From Actinomycetota bacterium (lineage in GTDB: Bacteria; Actinomycetota; Thermoleophilia; UBA2241), in NCBI GenBank assembly GCA_012514235.1, contig JAAZAR010000159.1:1065-65064 (forward strand): a stretch of DNA of 64,000 nt, written 5' to 3'. Under the pieces are notes generated by a model. The model searched no databases. It worked only from the letters and a program-made list of their open reading frames with translations, and had not been told where the DNA came from. Position 1 is the stretch's first letter. The number at the start of each line of letters is the position of its first letter. The position numbers and the translations under genes were made by a program. Below, piece by piece: positions 52,708 to 61,936 of the stretch.

Positions 52708-53709
52708 GTGAGACTGGTGGTCACAGGCGGCGCCGGGTTCATCGGCTCCAACTTCGTGCGCTACATGCTCGGCCGCCACGACGACGTCGAGATCGTGAAC
52801 CTCGACAAGCTCACCTACGCCGGCAACCTCGAGAACCTGCGCGACGTCGAGGACGACCCCCGCTACACCTTCGTGCGCGGCGACATCTGCGACGCCGCCC
52901 TCGTCGGCGAGACGCTGCGCGGCGCCGACGCGGTCGTCAACTTCGCCGCCGAGACCCATGTGGACCGCTCGATCAGCGGGCCGCAGGACTTCATCAGCAC
53001 GGACGTCCTCGGCACGCACACGCTCCTGGAGGCCGTGCGGCAGCTCGAGATCCCCCGCTATCTGCAGATCAGCACCGACGAGGTGTACGGCAGCATCGAC
53101 GAGGGGGCGTTCACCGAGGAGTCGGACCTCGACCCCTCCAGCCCGTACTCTGCGAGCAAGGCCGGCGCGGACCTCCTCGTGCTCGCGTACCACCGCACGT
53201 TCGGCACGCCGGTGCTCATCACCCGCAGTTCCAACAACTACGGCCCCTACCAGTACCCGGAGAAGATCGTCCCCCTGTTCATCACCAATGCGATCGACGA
53301 CCGGCACCTGCCCGTGTACGGCGATGGCCTCAACGTGCGCGACTGGCTCTACGTGGAGGACAACTGCGCCGGTATCGACCTCGTGCTGCGCGAGGGCGTG
53401 CCGGGAGAGGTCTACAACATCGGCGGCGGCAACGAGGTGCAGAACCTCACCATCACGCATCGGATCCTCGAGCTTCTCGGCAAGGGCGACGAGCTCATCC
53501 GCTACGTCGCCGACAGACCGGGACACGACCGCCGCTACGCCCTCGACTGTTCAAAGCTCAGGGCGCTCGGCTGGCGCCCGGACGTGCCGTTCGATGCGGG
53601 GCTGACGCGCACCGTGCAGTGGTACGTCGAGAACCCGGAGTGGTGGCGCCCCATCAAGTCGGGCGAGTGGCGCTCCTACTACGCGCGGCAGTACGGCGAG
53701 CTCGCCTGA
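52708..53709 (+). CDS. rmlB: dTDP-glucose 4,6-dehydratase
   Basis: 'VTGGAGFIGSNFVRY', 'NLDKLTYAGNLENL', 'HFAAETHVDRS'-like, and 'SPYSASKAGADLL'. Confidence 0.9.
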   Translation: MRLVVTGGAGFIGSNFVRYMLGRHDDVEIVNLDKLTYAGNLENLRDVEDDPRYTFVRGDICDAALVGETLRGADAVVNFAAETHVDRSISGPQDFISTDVLGTHTLLEAVRQLEIPRYLQISTDEVYGSIDEGAFTEESDLDPSSPYSASKAGADLLVLAYHRTFGTPVLITRSSNNYGPYQYPEKIVPLFITNAIDDRHLPVYGDGLNVRDWLYVEDNCAGIDLVLREGVPGEVYNIGGGNEVQNLTITHRILELLGKGDELIRYVADRPGHDRRYALDCSKLRALGWRPDVPFDAGLTRTVQWYVENPEWWRPIKSGEWRSYYARQYGELA

Positions 53710-53775
53710 CGCGGCGCCACCTCACCTCAGCGCCAACGGACCAGACCCGGCGACACGTGCCTCCACCCGGGTGCG

Positions 53776-54831
53776 TCAGCGCAGATTGTGCACCCGCGTG
53801 CCGACCGGCACCCGCTCGTAGAGCCAGAGCGCCTGGTGGTTGAGCATGCGGGCGCAGCCGTGAGAGAACGGCCGCGGAGCGGGGAGACGGATCAGTCCCG
53901 GCTGGTTGGTGCCGTGGATGGCGATGCCGCCCTTGCGGCGGTAGAACATTGCACAGGAGCCGAGGGCACCGCCGGCCGGCTTGCGCTTGCCGTAGATGCG
54001 GAAGCGGCCGAGCGGGGTCCGGTAGCCGGGGCGCCCGAGTGCCACCTCGAAGCGCCGCACGAGGGCTCCGTGCTCGTAGTAGTACAGCCGGTACTCGTGG
54101 CGCACGATCACGATGTAGTGCGCGAAGCGCATCGGCACGCGGTGCGCGTTCGGCCGGTTGACGATCACGCGTTCCGGGGCGGCGACGCCCGCCACATGCT
54201 CGGCGTCCGCGTCCATTCGCGCGCGAAGACGGTAGTACCCGAATCTCGTGGGCGTCCACCGCGTCGCGAAGCGCGACTCGGCGTCGAGCGTGACCGTCAG
54301 GAGAGGCTGCCAGGCGCCGGCGACGCGGCGGTCGATGACCACCGTCCCGCCGGGATGCGCCGGCCGGACGCTCCCGCGCAGGATCACAGAACCCCCCAGC
54401 CAGAGGCTGGCCGGGAACTGTGTGGTCAGGCGCGGGCGCACGCGGACCGTCACGTCTGCCTGGGCGACCGCCGACCCGTCCTCCCCGTAGAGGACGCGGT
54501 ACTCCGTGGAGACCGCAGGAGCCACGGTGAAGCGGAAGGCACCGCCGGCCCCGGCCGTCGCGGAGTCCTGCTCCATCCACTCCCCACCCGAGGCCGGCCG
54601 GGCGAGCAGCGAGACTGCAGCGCCGGGGACCGAGATCACGCCGGCGACGACGGCCTTCTCCGGGAAGACCACGGTCGCCGGCTTCGCCGTCGCACTCAGC
54701 TCGACGGACGCGCTCGCGAGCGCCGGGCCGCTGACGAGCGCCGGCACTACCACGACGAGCAGCGCGAGCACGGCCACCAGCGCGAGCCTGCAGGTGCGGA
54801 GCCCGATGCGTCGGGTCACGTACGGTCGCAT
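53776..54831 (-). CDS. L,D-transpeptidase (YkuD) with N-terminal Ig-like repeats
   Basis: A signal/TM segment, and C-terminal 'GIAIHGTNQPGLIRLPAPRPFSHGCARM'. Confidence 0.85.
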   Translation of the reverse strand: MRPYVTRRIGLRTCRLALVAVLALLVVVVPALVSGPALASASVELSATAKPATVVFPEKAVVAGVISVPGAAVSLLARPASGGEWMEQDSATAGAGGAFRFTVAPAVSTEYRVLYGEDGSAVAQADVTVRVRPRLTTQFPASLWLGGSVILRGSVRPAHPGGTVVIDRRVAGAWQPLLTVTLDAESRFATRWTPTRFGYYRLRARMDADAEHVAGVAAPERVIVNRPNAHRVPMRFAHYIVIVRHEYRLYYYEHGALVRRFEVALGRPGYRTPLGRFRIYGKRKPAGGALGSCAMFYRRKGGIAIHGTNQPGLIRLPAPRPFSHGCARMLNHQALWLYERVPVGTRVHNLR

Positions 54832-54922
54832 GGCCGCAGTGTAGCGTGAGGATGCGTAGGACGATGACGTGTTCGCCGTTGTCCGCGTCCGTCCACGGCG
54901 CGTCCGCGGGCAGGGACGGCCG

Positions 54923-56251
54923 TCAGGGCTGGAGCGGCGCCGGGGACGCCGTCACCGGGGATGCCGATGGAGACGCCGGGGATGGCTGCGGAGCCGGCGC
55001 CTCCGCCTTCGGCGCGGCCGCGGCGGTGCTCGACACGGTGGGCGACGGCGAGGGGGTCGGAAGCGCAAGCTCGGCCTTGGTGAGCAGGCGCCTTCCCCAG
55101 GCGAAGTTGGCCTTGTAGTAGCTGGAGTGGTTGAGCGAGGCGAGCTGTACGCCGTCGCTCGAACCGGTGGAGTGGATGAACCAGCCGCGACCCAGGTAGA
55201 GCCCGGCGTGATAGATGGAGCCCACACTGGAGCCGGGTCCCTTGGGACCGAAGAAGATGAGGTCGCCGCACTTGAGCTGGCTGCGCTTGATGCGCGGCTT
55301 GGCGCGGGCGGCCATGTCGGCGGCCCCGCGCTCATTGACCGTGATGGGGTACTTGAAGTGCATCTTCATCACGTAGAACACGAACCCCGAGCAGTCAAAC
55401 CCGCCCGACTTCTGGTAGCCGTAGGGAGAACTCGGCGTGGGATACTCACCCGCCCAGACGTAGGGGTAGCCGATGTACTTGAGCGCGTAGCGCACGATCT
55501 GCTTCTGTCGATTGCTCAGGACGGGGAAGCTGACGTCTTTGTAGTCGGCGAGACCGTAGAGCTGCCAGCCGCTCGCCAGCTTGTAGGCCCTGTCGAACAT
55601 GTAGGCGACCTCGGCCCGGTCGATCGGCTCCTTCGGCAGCGTCTCGTGACCGTCGGCTCCGCTGGGATGGTTGTAACGCAGCTCGAGATGCCGTGAGGCG
55701 ACGAGCGACGGCAGGTAGGACGGCGCGCCGGTCAGCCACTCCGGGTTGGGCTTCCAGCGGGACGGGGCGAGCGTGGTGAGCAGGGACCAGTCGTGGGAGG
55801 AGTACCGCTCCTTGAGCCAGCGGACCATCACCGTCTCTGCCGTGGCCGCGGTGACTTTGGCCGCCGGCTTGAAGTTCCCGTCCCGGTCGAGCCCCATGTA
55901 GCCGTGATGCACCGCCAGCTGGATCACCGTGTGGTAGCGGTGCCCCCTGGGGACGTCCTTGATCTCGACCGGCGTGATCTTCTCGCCGTAGTGACCGGAA
56001 GCGAGGACGATGGAGCGCGCGAGGTACTGCCTCGTGATCGCGCGCTCCGGCCGGAACAGCGTCTTGAAGTCGTCCAGCAGTCTATGGCCCTTGGCGGAGC
56101 GGTTGGTCACCGACGAGATGGACTTGTACGCCCAGTGGCTCTTCTTCACGTCGGTGTACGACTTGGCGGCAGCCGGTACGGCGGCCGCGAGGCAGACCGC
56201 CAGGGCCAGAGTCGTGAGGATAAGAGTGTGGAAGAGGGTGCGTGTGTTCAT
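54923..56251 (-). CDS. secreted NlpC/P60 (C40) peptidase with SLH-like N-terminal repeats and Pro/Ala/Ser tail
   Basis: Signal 'MNTRTLFHTLILTTLALAVCLAAA'. SLH-like 'YTDVKKSHWAYKSI' and 'IKDVPRGHRYHTVIQLAVHHGYMG'. NlpC/P60 'GGFDCSGFVFYV...GDLIFF...HAGLYLG'. Confidence 0.8.
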   Translation of the reverse strand: MNTRTLFHTLILTTLALAVCLAAAVPAAAKSYTDVKKSHWAYKSISSVTNRSAKGHRLLDDFKTLFRPERAITRQYLARSIVLASGHYGEKITPVEIKDVPRGHRYHTVIQLAVHHGYMGLDRDGNFKPAAKVTAATAETVMVRWLKERYSSHDWSLLTTLAPSRWKPNPEWLTGAPSYLPSLVASRHLELRYNHPSGADGHETLPKEPIDRAEVAYMFDRAYKLASGWQLYGLADYKDVSFPVLSNRQKQIVRYALKYIGYPYVWAGEYPTPSSPYGYQKSGGFDCSGFVFYVMKMHFKYPITVNERGAADMAARAKPRIKRSQLKCGDLIFFGPKGPGSSVGSIYHAGLYLGRGWFIHSTGSSDGVQLASLNHSSYYKANFAWGRRLLTKAELALPTPSPSPTVSSTAAAAPKAEAPAPQPSPASPSASPVTASPAPLQP

Positions 56252-56520
56252 CTCGAGTACTGCTATCGGCGTGTGGACCGGCCACTGGAGCGACCACCCT
56301 GCCCGCGGAGCCGGACTACGCTTTCGCCGCCGGGGCCGCCATTCCCCTGTGCTGACGGTAGAAGCTACCACGTCACCAACGGCGACGCCCCCGGCGGCCC
56401 GACGCAAAGCCGCGCCGAGCGGAGCGCGTTTCGCCGTCCGCTAGGACGCACGCGGCCGCCTGCGTCTCACGAAGAGGAGAACACGACCGATCCCAGAAGC
56501 AGTCATGACCACGGCAGGCC

Positions 56521-56544
56521 GTTTGCCCCGCCTGCGGGGCAAAC
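56521..56544. promoter_or_regulatory. perfect 10-bp-stem palindrome (candidate operator) in a divergent promoter region
   Basis: GTTTGCCCCG-cctg-CGGGGCAAAC, immediately upstream of a GGTATCCT -10-like box (56545-56552) and the GAGGAGG SD of the SpoIID gene. Confidence 0.35.
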
Positions 56545-56569
56545 GGTATCCTCGACCGAGGAGGCGTGC

Positions 56570-58072
56570 GTGCCTCAGGAGCCCATGATGACCTCCCGCC
56601 TCACATCCCCCGCCCTTCGCATCCGCATCCCCAGGCAGGCCGCGTCACCGACCAGGCTGACCCTTGGGGGAGTCTTCGCCCTCCTGGCGCTGCTCGTCAT
56701 GGCCGGCCCGGCAGCAGCGCTGTCGACGCAGTACGCCTTCACCATCACGGGGCACGGCTGGGGTCACGGCGTGGGCATGTCCCAGTGGGGCGCGTACGGC
56801 TACGCCAAGCACGGGTGGGACTACAAGGACATCCTCAAGCACTACTACACCGGGATCTCCCTCTCCACCGTGGAGAACTCGGTGATCCGGGTGAACCTCC
56901 GCAGCGGCCAGAGCGCCATCAAGCTGAGCTGCCCGAACGCCTACACCGTCCAGGGCAGCGGAGCCACCTGGACCATCCCCGGCGGCACGACGGCGACCAC
57001 CACCCACACGAGCAGCGGGTACCGCGTCGTGGCGGGCTCGCTGCGCCGGACGTTCACGGCGGCGCCGCACTTCAAGCCCACCAAGGGCGCCCTGCGCCTG
57101 ATCACCAAGACCGACCTGGGCGACGACGGCGCCTACCGCGGCACCATCAAGGTCGTCTACAAGGGCGGGCTCATGATGATCAACCACGTGCCGCTGGAGA
57201 GCTACCTCCGCGGCGTCGTGCCGCACGAGGTGTCGCCGAGCTGGCCGCGTGAGGCGGTCAAGGCGCAGGCCTGCGCGGCCAGAGCTTTCGCGCTCGGCAG
57301 CAAGCAGCCGTCGAAGTCCTGGGACGTGTACTGCGACGTGCGCGACCAGGCCTACATGGGCGTCGGCATCGAGGACTCGCGCACCGACGCCGCGGTGCGC
57401 GAGACCGCCGGGGTCTGCCCCACCTTCAACGGCAAGCCGATCGTCGCCACCTACTTCTCCTGCTCCGGCGGGCACACGGAGAGCGCGCAGCACGTGTGGG
57501 GCGGCTCGTACGCCTACCTCAAGGGCGTGGAAGACCCGTACGACTATTACGGCACCCTGCACGATTGGGGGCCGCTGCGCCGCACGCCGGCCCAGATCGG
57601 CGGCCGCCTGGGGGCCAGCGGCTCGCTGCGCGCCGTCTACACCGTCAAGCGCGGAGTCTCGCCGCGGATCGTGAAAGCCGCCGTCATCGGCAGCAAGGGC
57701 ACCACGTACATCGACGGCGGCTCCCTCCGGGTCAAGCTCGGGCTGAACAGCGCCTGGGCGGTCTTCACCAGCATGGGCATCAGCCCGGCCGCCCGCGATG
57801 GTGTGAGCATCAAGGCGGGTTCCAAGATCGTCCTCAAGGGCCGCCTCTACCCGGCGCTCGCCGACGGCGCGACCGTGAAGCTGCACTTCTACTACGACGG
57901 CCGCTGGCGCAGTCGCAAGGTCACGACGGTGCGAAAGGCCGAGAAGCTGCCGGGCGGTCACACGGCGCGGTACTCGCTGTACACCGAGTCGGTGAGTCCG
58001 AAGCAGACGACGAAGTACTACTTCTCGAGCGGCAAGGCCAAGTCGCCGGTCACCACGATCACGGTGAAGTGA
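56570..58072 (+). CDS. SpoIID/LytB-domain protein (lytic transglycosylase-like amidase enhancer)
   Basis: 'GHGWGHGVGMSQWGAYGYA' and 'VPLESYLRGVVPHEVSPSWPREAVKAQACAARAFAL'. The GTG at 56570 lies 5 nt after GAGGAGG, with an alternative ATG at 56585. Confidence 0.85.
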   Translation: MPQEPMMTSRLTSPALRIRIPRQAASPTRLTLGGVFALLALLVMAGPAAALSTQYAFTITGHGWGHGVGMSQWGAYGYAKHGWDYKDILKHYYTGISLSTVENSVIRVNLRSGQSAIKLSCPNAYTVQGSGATWTIPGGTTATTTHTSSGYRVVAGSLRRTFTAAPHFKPTKGALRLITKTDLGDDGAYRGTIKVVYKGGLMMINHVPLESYLRGVVPHEVSPSWPREAVKAQACAARAFALGSKQPSKSWDVYCDVRDQAYMGVGIEDSRTDAAVRETAGVCPTFNGKPIVATYFSCSGGHTESAQHVWGGSYAYLKGVEDPYDYYGTLHDWGPLRRTPAQIGGRLGASGSLRAVYTVKRGVSPRIVKAAVIGSKGTTYIDGGSLRVKLGLNSAWAVFTSMGISPAARDGVSIKAGSKIVLKGRLYPALADGATVKLHFYYDGRWRSRKVTTVRKAEKLPGGHTARYSLYTESVSPKQTTKYYFSSGKAKSPVTTITVK

Positions 58073-58108
58073 CCGCACGAGGCGGCCCGGGGCCGGAGGC
58101 GGCCGCCC

Positions 58109-58942
58109 TCACCCGATCTCGCTCCGCTGTCCGCGCTCCGCCGGTCCTGACGAGCCGGCGGTCCGGTCCGGCGCGCCTCCCATGATCTCGTCGTACGCGG
58201 GACGCCAGTCCGAGAAGTCCGCGTACAGGTGATCCGGCTCGTGCGCCGCCAGCTCGTCCACTGAGTAGCGGCCGGTGGCGACGGCGACCGCAGTGACCCC
58301 GAGGGAGGCGCCGCACTCGATGTCGGCCGGCGTGTCGCCGATCACGACGACGTCCTTGCCGCGGAACCGGCGGCCGTGCAACCTCTCGGCGCGGGCGACG
58401 GCGACCGCCGGCAAATCGGCGCGCAGCGCCGAATCCGATCCGTAGGCGCCGACCTTGAAGAGGGGCAGCAGGCCCGTCGGCTCGAGCTTGAGACGGGCCC
58501 CCTCCGCTACGTTCCCGGTCAGGAGGCCGACCAGCGCGCGCCGGTCGGCCGCCAGCGCCGTGACCAGCTCCCGGATGCCCGGCAGCGTCTCCACGTCCAC
58601 GCGCGCGATCTCCTCGCGCAGCGCGTCGAGGTAGCGCGCGATGCACTCGTCCACGCGCCGCTCGATGAGCGCGGCAGGCGTGCCCATCGCCTCAACGAGC
58701 TCGTGGACGACCTCGGGCTGGGTCCCGTCGGCGGACGCCGCAGCGTCAGGCTCCCCCGCCCCCCACAGAGCGGCCAGGTCGCTGATGATGCCCGGATCCG
58801 TGCGGCCGTGGAACGAGTAGTCCCCCAGCTCGCCCTCCACGCCGTAGACGTCCTTGATGGCGCGGATGATGGCCCTCCCGCCTGCGCCGTGCGCGTCGAT
58901 GAGGGTGCAGTCGATGTCGAAGAGGACGAGGCGGTCGGGCAT
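58109..58942 (-). CDS. HAD-superfamily hydrolase (phosphoglycolate-phosphatase-like)
   Basis: 'LVLFDIDCTLID', 'LLTGN', and 'VVIGDTPADIECG'. I chose the start at MPDRLV. Confidence 0.8.
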   Translation of the reverse strand: MPDRLVLFDIDCTLIDAHGAGGRAIIRAIKDVYGVEGELGDYSFHGRTDPGIISDLAALWGAGEPDAAASADGTQPEVVHELVEAMGTPAALIERRVDECIARYLDALREEIARVDVETLPGIRELVTALAADRRALVGLLTGNVAEGARLKLEPTGLLPLFKVGAYGSDSALRADLPAVAVARAERLHGRRFRGKDVVVIGDTPADIECGASLGVTAVAVATGRYSVDELAAHEPDHLYADFSDWRPAYDEIMGGAPDRTAGSSGPAERGQRSEIG

Positions 58943-59014
58943 GGAGGCAGTATAGCGGGCGCCGGCAGCCTCATCCGGCTCTTCGCGCACCACTGTAGAA
59001 GCGCACTGATCGTC

Positions 59015-60496
59015 TCAGCCGACGGTCCGCCCGTCCTCGCCCGGCGCGCCGAACGGCCACTGACGGGCGACAAGACTGAGCACGCCTTGTGCGAGCACGA
59101 CCACCCCGATGGTGACGAAGATGCCAAGCCAGGAGGATGAGACCAGCGCAAGCACGACGAGACCGGCTGCGAGGACGCCCCAGCGCACACCGACGACGTG
59201 GGCGGCGACCCACGACGCCACGGGTGATTCGGGCATGCCGAGGTCGACGGCCTGCCCGACCGCCCGCTTGCCGGCGGCCACGGCCACCTCGCGCACGTCC
59301 TTGCACCCGAGCAGCCAGACGATCACCGCCACGACGACGCCGATCGCGCAGATCCAGACAGTGATCGCGGTGAGCGGGCCGAGCGCTGCGTCGACTACCT
59401 CCCGCACGACATGGCGGCCCTCGCCCTCCCGGACCTGGTCCGCGAGATACAGGGACGCGCGCGCGACGATCACCCGCGCAATGAAGAACGCCACGGCCGC
59501 TCCGACACCGAGAGCGATGGCGGTCCGAGCGCGGCGTCGGGACAGCCAGATGGTGGCGGCGACGAGCGCGGCCGTCACCATCGGCAGGACCCAGGTGAGG
59601 CGGTCGAACCACTTGACCGCCGTCTGCGCCGGACCGAGCGCATCGGACTGCAGCAGGGTGATCTGGCCGAAGTCCGACGGCAGCGTCCTGCCGGACCAGT
59701 CCTCGATCTGCCGGATACCCTCCTCCGGCGTCGCGCCCGGCGCGATGACGGGCGGGCCCAGCCTGTCGGACAACCCGCCCGGCAGCCGCTCGTCCACCCA
59801 CACGATCACGTGACTGATCAGGGGCAGCAGGTTGAGCTTCACGTCACTGCCCTGGATGTAGACGCCGGTCGTTTCGCCACGCAGCAGCGCCACGACCTTC
59901 TCATGACCGGCGCGGTTGACCTCGAGCCAGAGCTGATAGGCGCGCGGAGAGCTGAGCACCTTCCGCGCGCCCCGCACGATGAAGTCCTCGACGTAGGCGG
60001 TGATCGGCCCGGCGAACAGCTGCGCCCGCGCCGGGAGCGCCTCCGTGACGCGCCGCTGCAGGTCGGTGACGGAGACCACCTCACCGCCGATGTACTCGCT
60101 CAGCCTCTGGATCGCCTTCGGGTCCTTGCCGACGGGGCCGACGAGAGCCATGTAGCCCTCGGTGTCCATGACCGTGTAGTGGCTCCACAGAGTGAGCCCG
60201 GTCACGACAACGGAGAGGCACGTCAGGACGACGAGGACCCCGATCAGCAGACTGCGGAGGCGACGCCTGCGGGACGGGGCGAGCACGGTCGCCTCGTCGC
60301 CCCGCAGCGCGACCGCCTCTTCGGGCCCGATCGCGCTCTGCGTCTCCGCTGCCGCGGCGGCGGCCGGCTCCGCCTCGGCCGGCGCCGCGCGCGTCACCTC
60401 GGTCTGTTCGTCCGATCCGGGAGCGCCGTTCCCCTCGTCCTCGCGCGGCTCATCGGTCACGGGTCTCCTCCAGTCCGCCGACTCATGGTCGGTCAC
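59015..60496 (-). CDS. hypothetical integral membrane protein (493 aa)
   Basis: An acidic N-terminus, one TM, a soluble domain of about 200 aa, then about 4 C-terminal TM segments. No family recognised. Confidence 0.6.
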   Translation of the reverse strand: MTDHESADWRRPVTDEPREDEGNGAPGSDEQTEVTRAAPAEAEPAAAAAAETQSAIGPEEAVALRGDEATVLAPSRRRRLRSLLIGVLVVLTCLSVVVTGLTLWSHYTVMDTEGYMALVGPVGKDPKAIQRLSEYIGGEVVSVTDLQRRVTEALPARAQLFAGPITAYVEDFIVRGARKVLSSPRAYQLWLEVNRAGHEKVVALLRGETTGVYIQGSDVKLNLLPLISHVIVWVDERLPGGLSDRLGPPVIAPGATPEEGIRQIEDWSGRTLPSDFGQITLLQSDALGPAQTAVKWFDRLTWVLPMVTAALVAATIWLSRRRARTAIALGVGAAVAFFIARVIVARASLYLADQVREGEGRHVVREVVDAALGPLTAITVWICAIGVVVAVIVWLLGCKDVREVAVAAGKRAVGQAVDLGMPESPVASWVAAHVVGVRWGVLAAGLVVLALVSSSWLGIFVTIGVVVLAQGVLSLVARQWPFGAPGEDGRTVG

Positions 60497-60561
60497 CTAT
60501 TCCTCCCGCCGGCTAACGAGCCGGCGGTGCCCAGGCACCGCCGGCCGCGCGGCCGGCTGCG

Positions 60562-61779
60562 TCAAGCGACGGCGAACGCCTGGTCGAGGTCGGCGATGAG
60601 GTCGCCCACGTCCTCGATCCCGACCGAGTACCGGACGAGCCCCTCCGGGATGCCCATGGCCGCGCGTTCCTCAACGGTGCACTCGACGTGACTCGTGGTG
60701 GCCGGCACGCCGGCGAGCGTCTCCACGGCGCCGAGGTTGGCGGCCAGATGGGCGAGCCGCAGCCGCGGCAGCACCCGCTTCACCGCCGCGAAGCCGCCGC
60801 GCAACGAGAAGCTCAGCATCCCACCGTACCCCCGCATCTGACGCGCGGCGACGTCGTGGTGCAGGTGCGACTCGAGCCCCGGGTAGTTGACCGCCTCCAC
60901 CTGCGGCTGCTCCGACAGCCAGCGAGCGATCGCCAGCGCGTTCTCGTTCTGCCGCTGCACCCTGAGCACCAGCGTCTTCAGACTGCGCACCATGAGCCAT
61001 GCGGCCATCGGGTCCATCGAGGAACCGGTGATCTCGCGGTAGTGGTACACCTTCTTGATGAGCTCGGCGGGGCCGCAGAGCACGCCGCCGAGCGCGTCCG
61101 CGTGGCCGCCCAGGAACTTGGTCGCGCTGTGCAGCACAAGGTCCGATCCCAGCGCCAGCGGGTTCTGGTTGATGGGCGTGGCAAAGGTGTTGTCGGTCAC
61201 CACGACCGCGCCCGCCTCATGGGCGGCCGCCGAGAGGCGCGCGATGTCCATGACCTTGAGCGTCGGATTGGTGGGCGACTCGAGATAGACGAGACGGCAC
61301 CCCTCGGCGATGGCCGCCTCGATCTGCCCGAAGTCGGTGGTGTCGCACAACTCGACCTCGACTCCCCAGCGGGGCAGGAAGTCGACGAACAGCTGGTTGG
61401 TGCCGCCGTACGTGTCCTTGACGCTCACCACTCGGTCGCCGGGCGTCAAGAGTCCGAACAGGGTGTTGCTGACGGCGGCCATGCCCGTGGCGAAGCTGGT
61501 GGCCGCCTCTCCGCCCTCGAGGATGCGCACCTTCTCCTCGAACGCGGCGACGGTGGGGTTGGTGTTGCGCGTGTAGATGTGCCCCTCGCGGCGTCCCAAC
61601 GCCGTGTCCACCCAGGTGTCCACATCCTCGTAGCCGAATGCGGCACTGTAGACGACGGGTACCTGTGTCGCGCGGTGAGCACGCGCCGCGTCCTCGCCCG
61701 CCCGTACGGCCAGCGTTGCCGGCGAAAGCCCGGTCCGTCCAGACCGTCCTGCATCAGACCGTCCTGCATCCTTGCTCAT
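60562..61779 (-). CDS. Cys/Met-metabolism PLP enzyme (cystathionine gamma-synthase/lyase family)
   Basis: 'YTRNTNPTVAAFEEKV', 'SATKFLGGHAD' (with the PLP lysine) and 'ESPTNPTLKV'. I chose the start at MSKD. Confidence 0.85.
   Translation of the reverse strand: MSKDAGRSDAGRSGRTGLSPATLAVRAGEDAARAHRATQVPVVYSAAFGYEDVDTWVDTALGRREGHIYTRNTNPTVAAFEEKVRILEGGEAATSFATGMAAVSNTLFGLLTPGDRVVSVKDTYGGTNQLFVDFLPRWGVEVELCDTTDFGQIEAAIAEGCRLVYLESPTNPTLKVMDIARLSAAAHEAGAVVVTDNTFATPINQNPLALGSDLVLHSATKFLGGHADALGGVLCGPAELIKKVYHYREITGSSMDPMAAWLMVRSLKTLVLRVQRQNENALAIARWLSEQPQVEAVNYPGLESHLHHDVAARQMRGYGGMLSFSLRGGFAAVKRVLPRLRLAHLAANLGAVETLAGVPATTSHVECTVEERAAMGIPEGLVRYSVGIEDVGDLIADLDQAFAVA
61741..61770 (-). repeat. perfect 15-bp x2 tandem duplication inside the CDS N-terminus (DAGRS-DAGRS)
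   Basis: AGACCGTCCTGCATC occurs twice, adjacent and in frame. Confidence 0.9.
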
Positions 61780-61840
61780 GTGACCTCGCTCGTTTGCCTG
61801 CGTCGACACGCGCACGCATCCGGTCCGGCCATTCTACAGC

Positions 61841-61846
61841 CAGGTC
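61841..61846 (-). promoter_or_regulatory. candidate -10 (TAGAAT on minus strand) for the PLP-enzyme gene
   Basis: The reverse complement reads CTGTAGAATGG, about 60 nt upstream of the ATG at 61779. Confidence 0.3.
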
Positions 61847-61872
61847 GCGGACCTCGACAGGACCGCCGAAGC

Positions 61873-61899
61873 CCGTCGACGGACTACTGCGGCGCAGTA
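61873..61899. promoter_or_regulatory. two adjacent palindromes (CCGTCGACGG; TACTGCG-g-CGCAGTA), candidate operator
   Basis: A perfect 10-bp palindrome and a 7-1-7 inverted repeat, 40-65 nt upstream of the ferritin-like/hemerythrin gene. Confidence 0.3.
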
Positions 61900-61936
61900 C
61901 GGCAACCGTGAAAGGGAGGGGGGCCAGGGCGACCAC

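Noticed and set aside
50238-53709. The rmlA-rmlC-rmlD-rmlB operon as something unusual.
   Set aside because: It is a standard dTDP-L-rhamnose pathway with all four steps present. It is noteworthy only as a precursor supply for the nearby glycan and SLH-related functions.
61780-61936. A possible SAM/Met riboswitch upstream of the Cys/Met PLP-enzyme gene.
   Set aside because: With the TAGAAT -10 at 61841-61846 the 5' UTR would be only about 55 nt. I could not recognise SAM-I/SAM-IV conserved cores in it.
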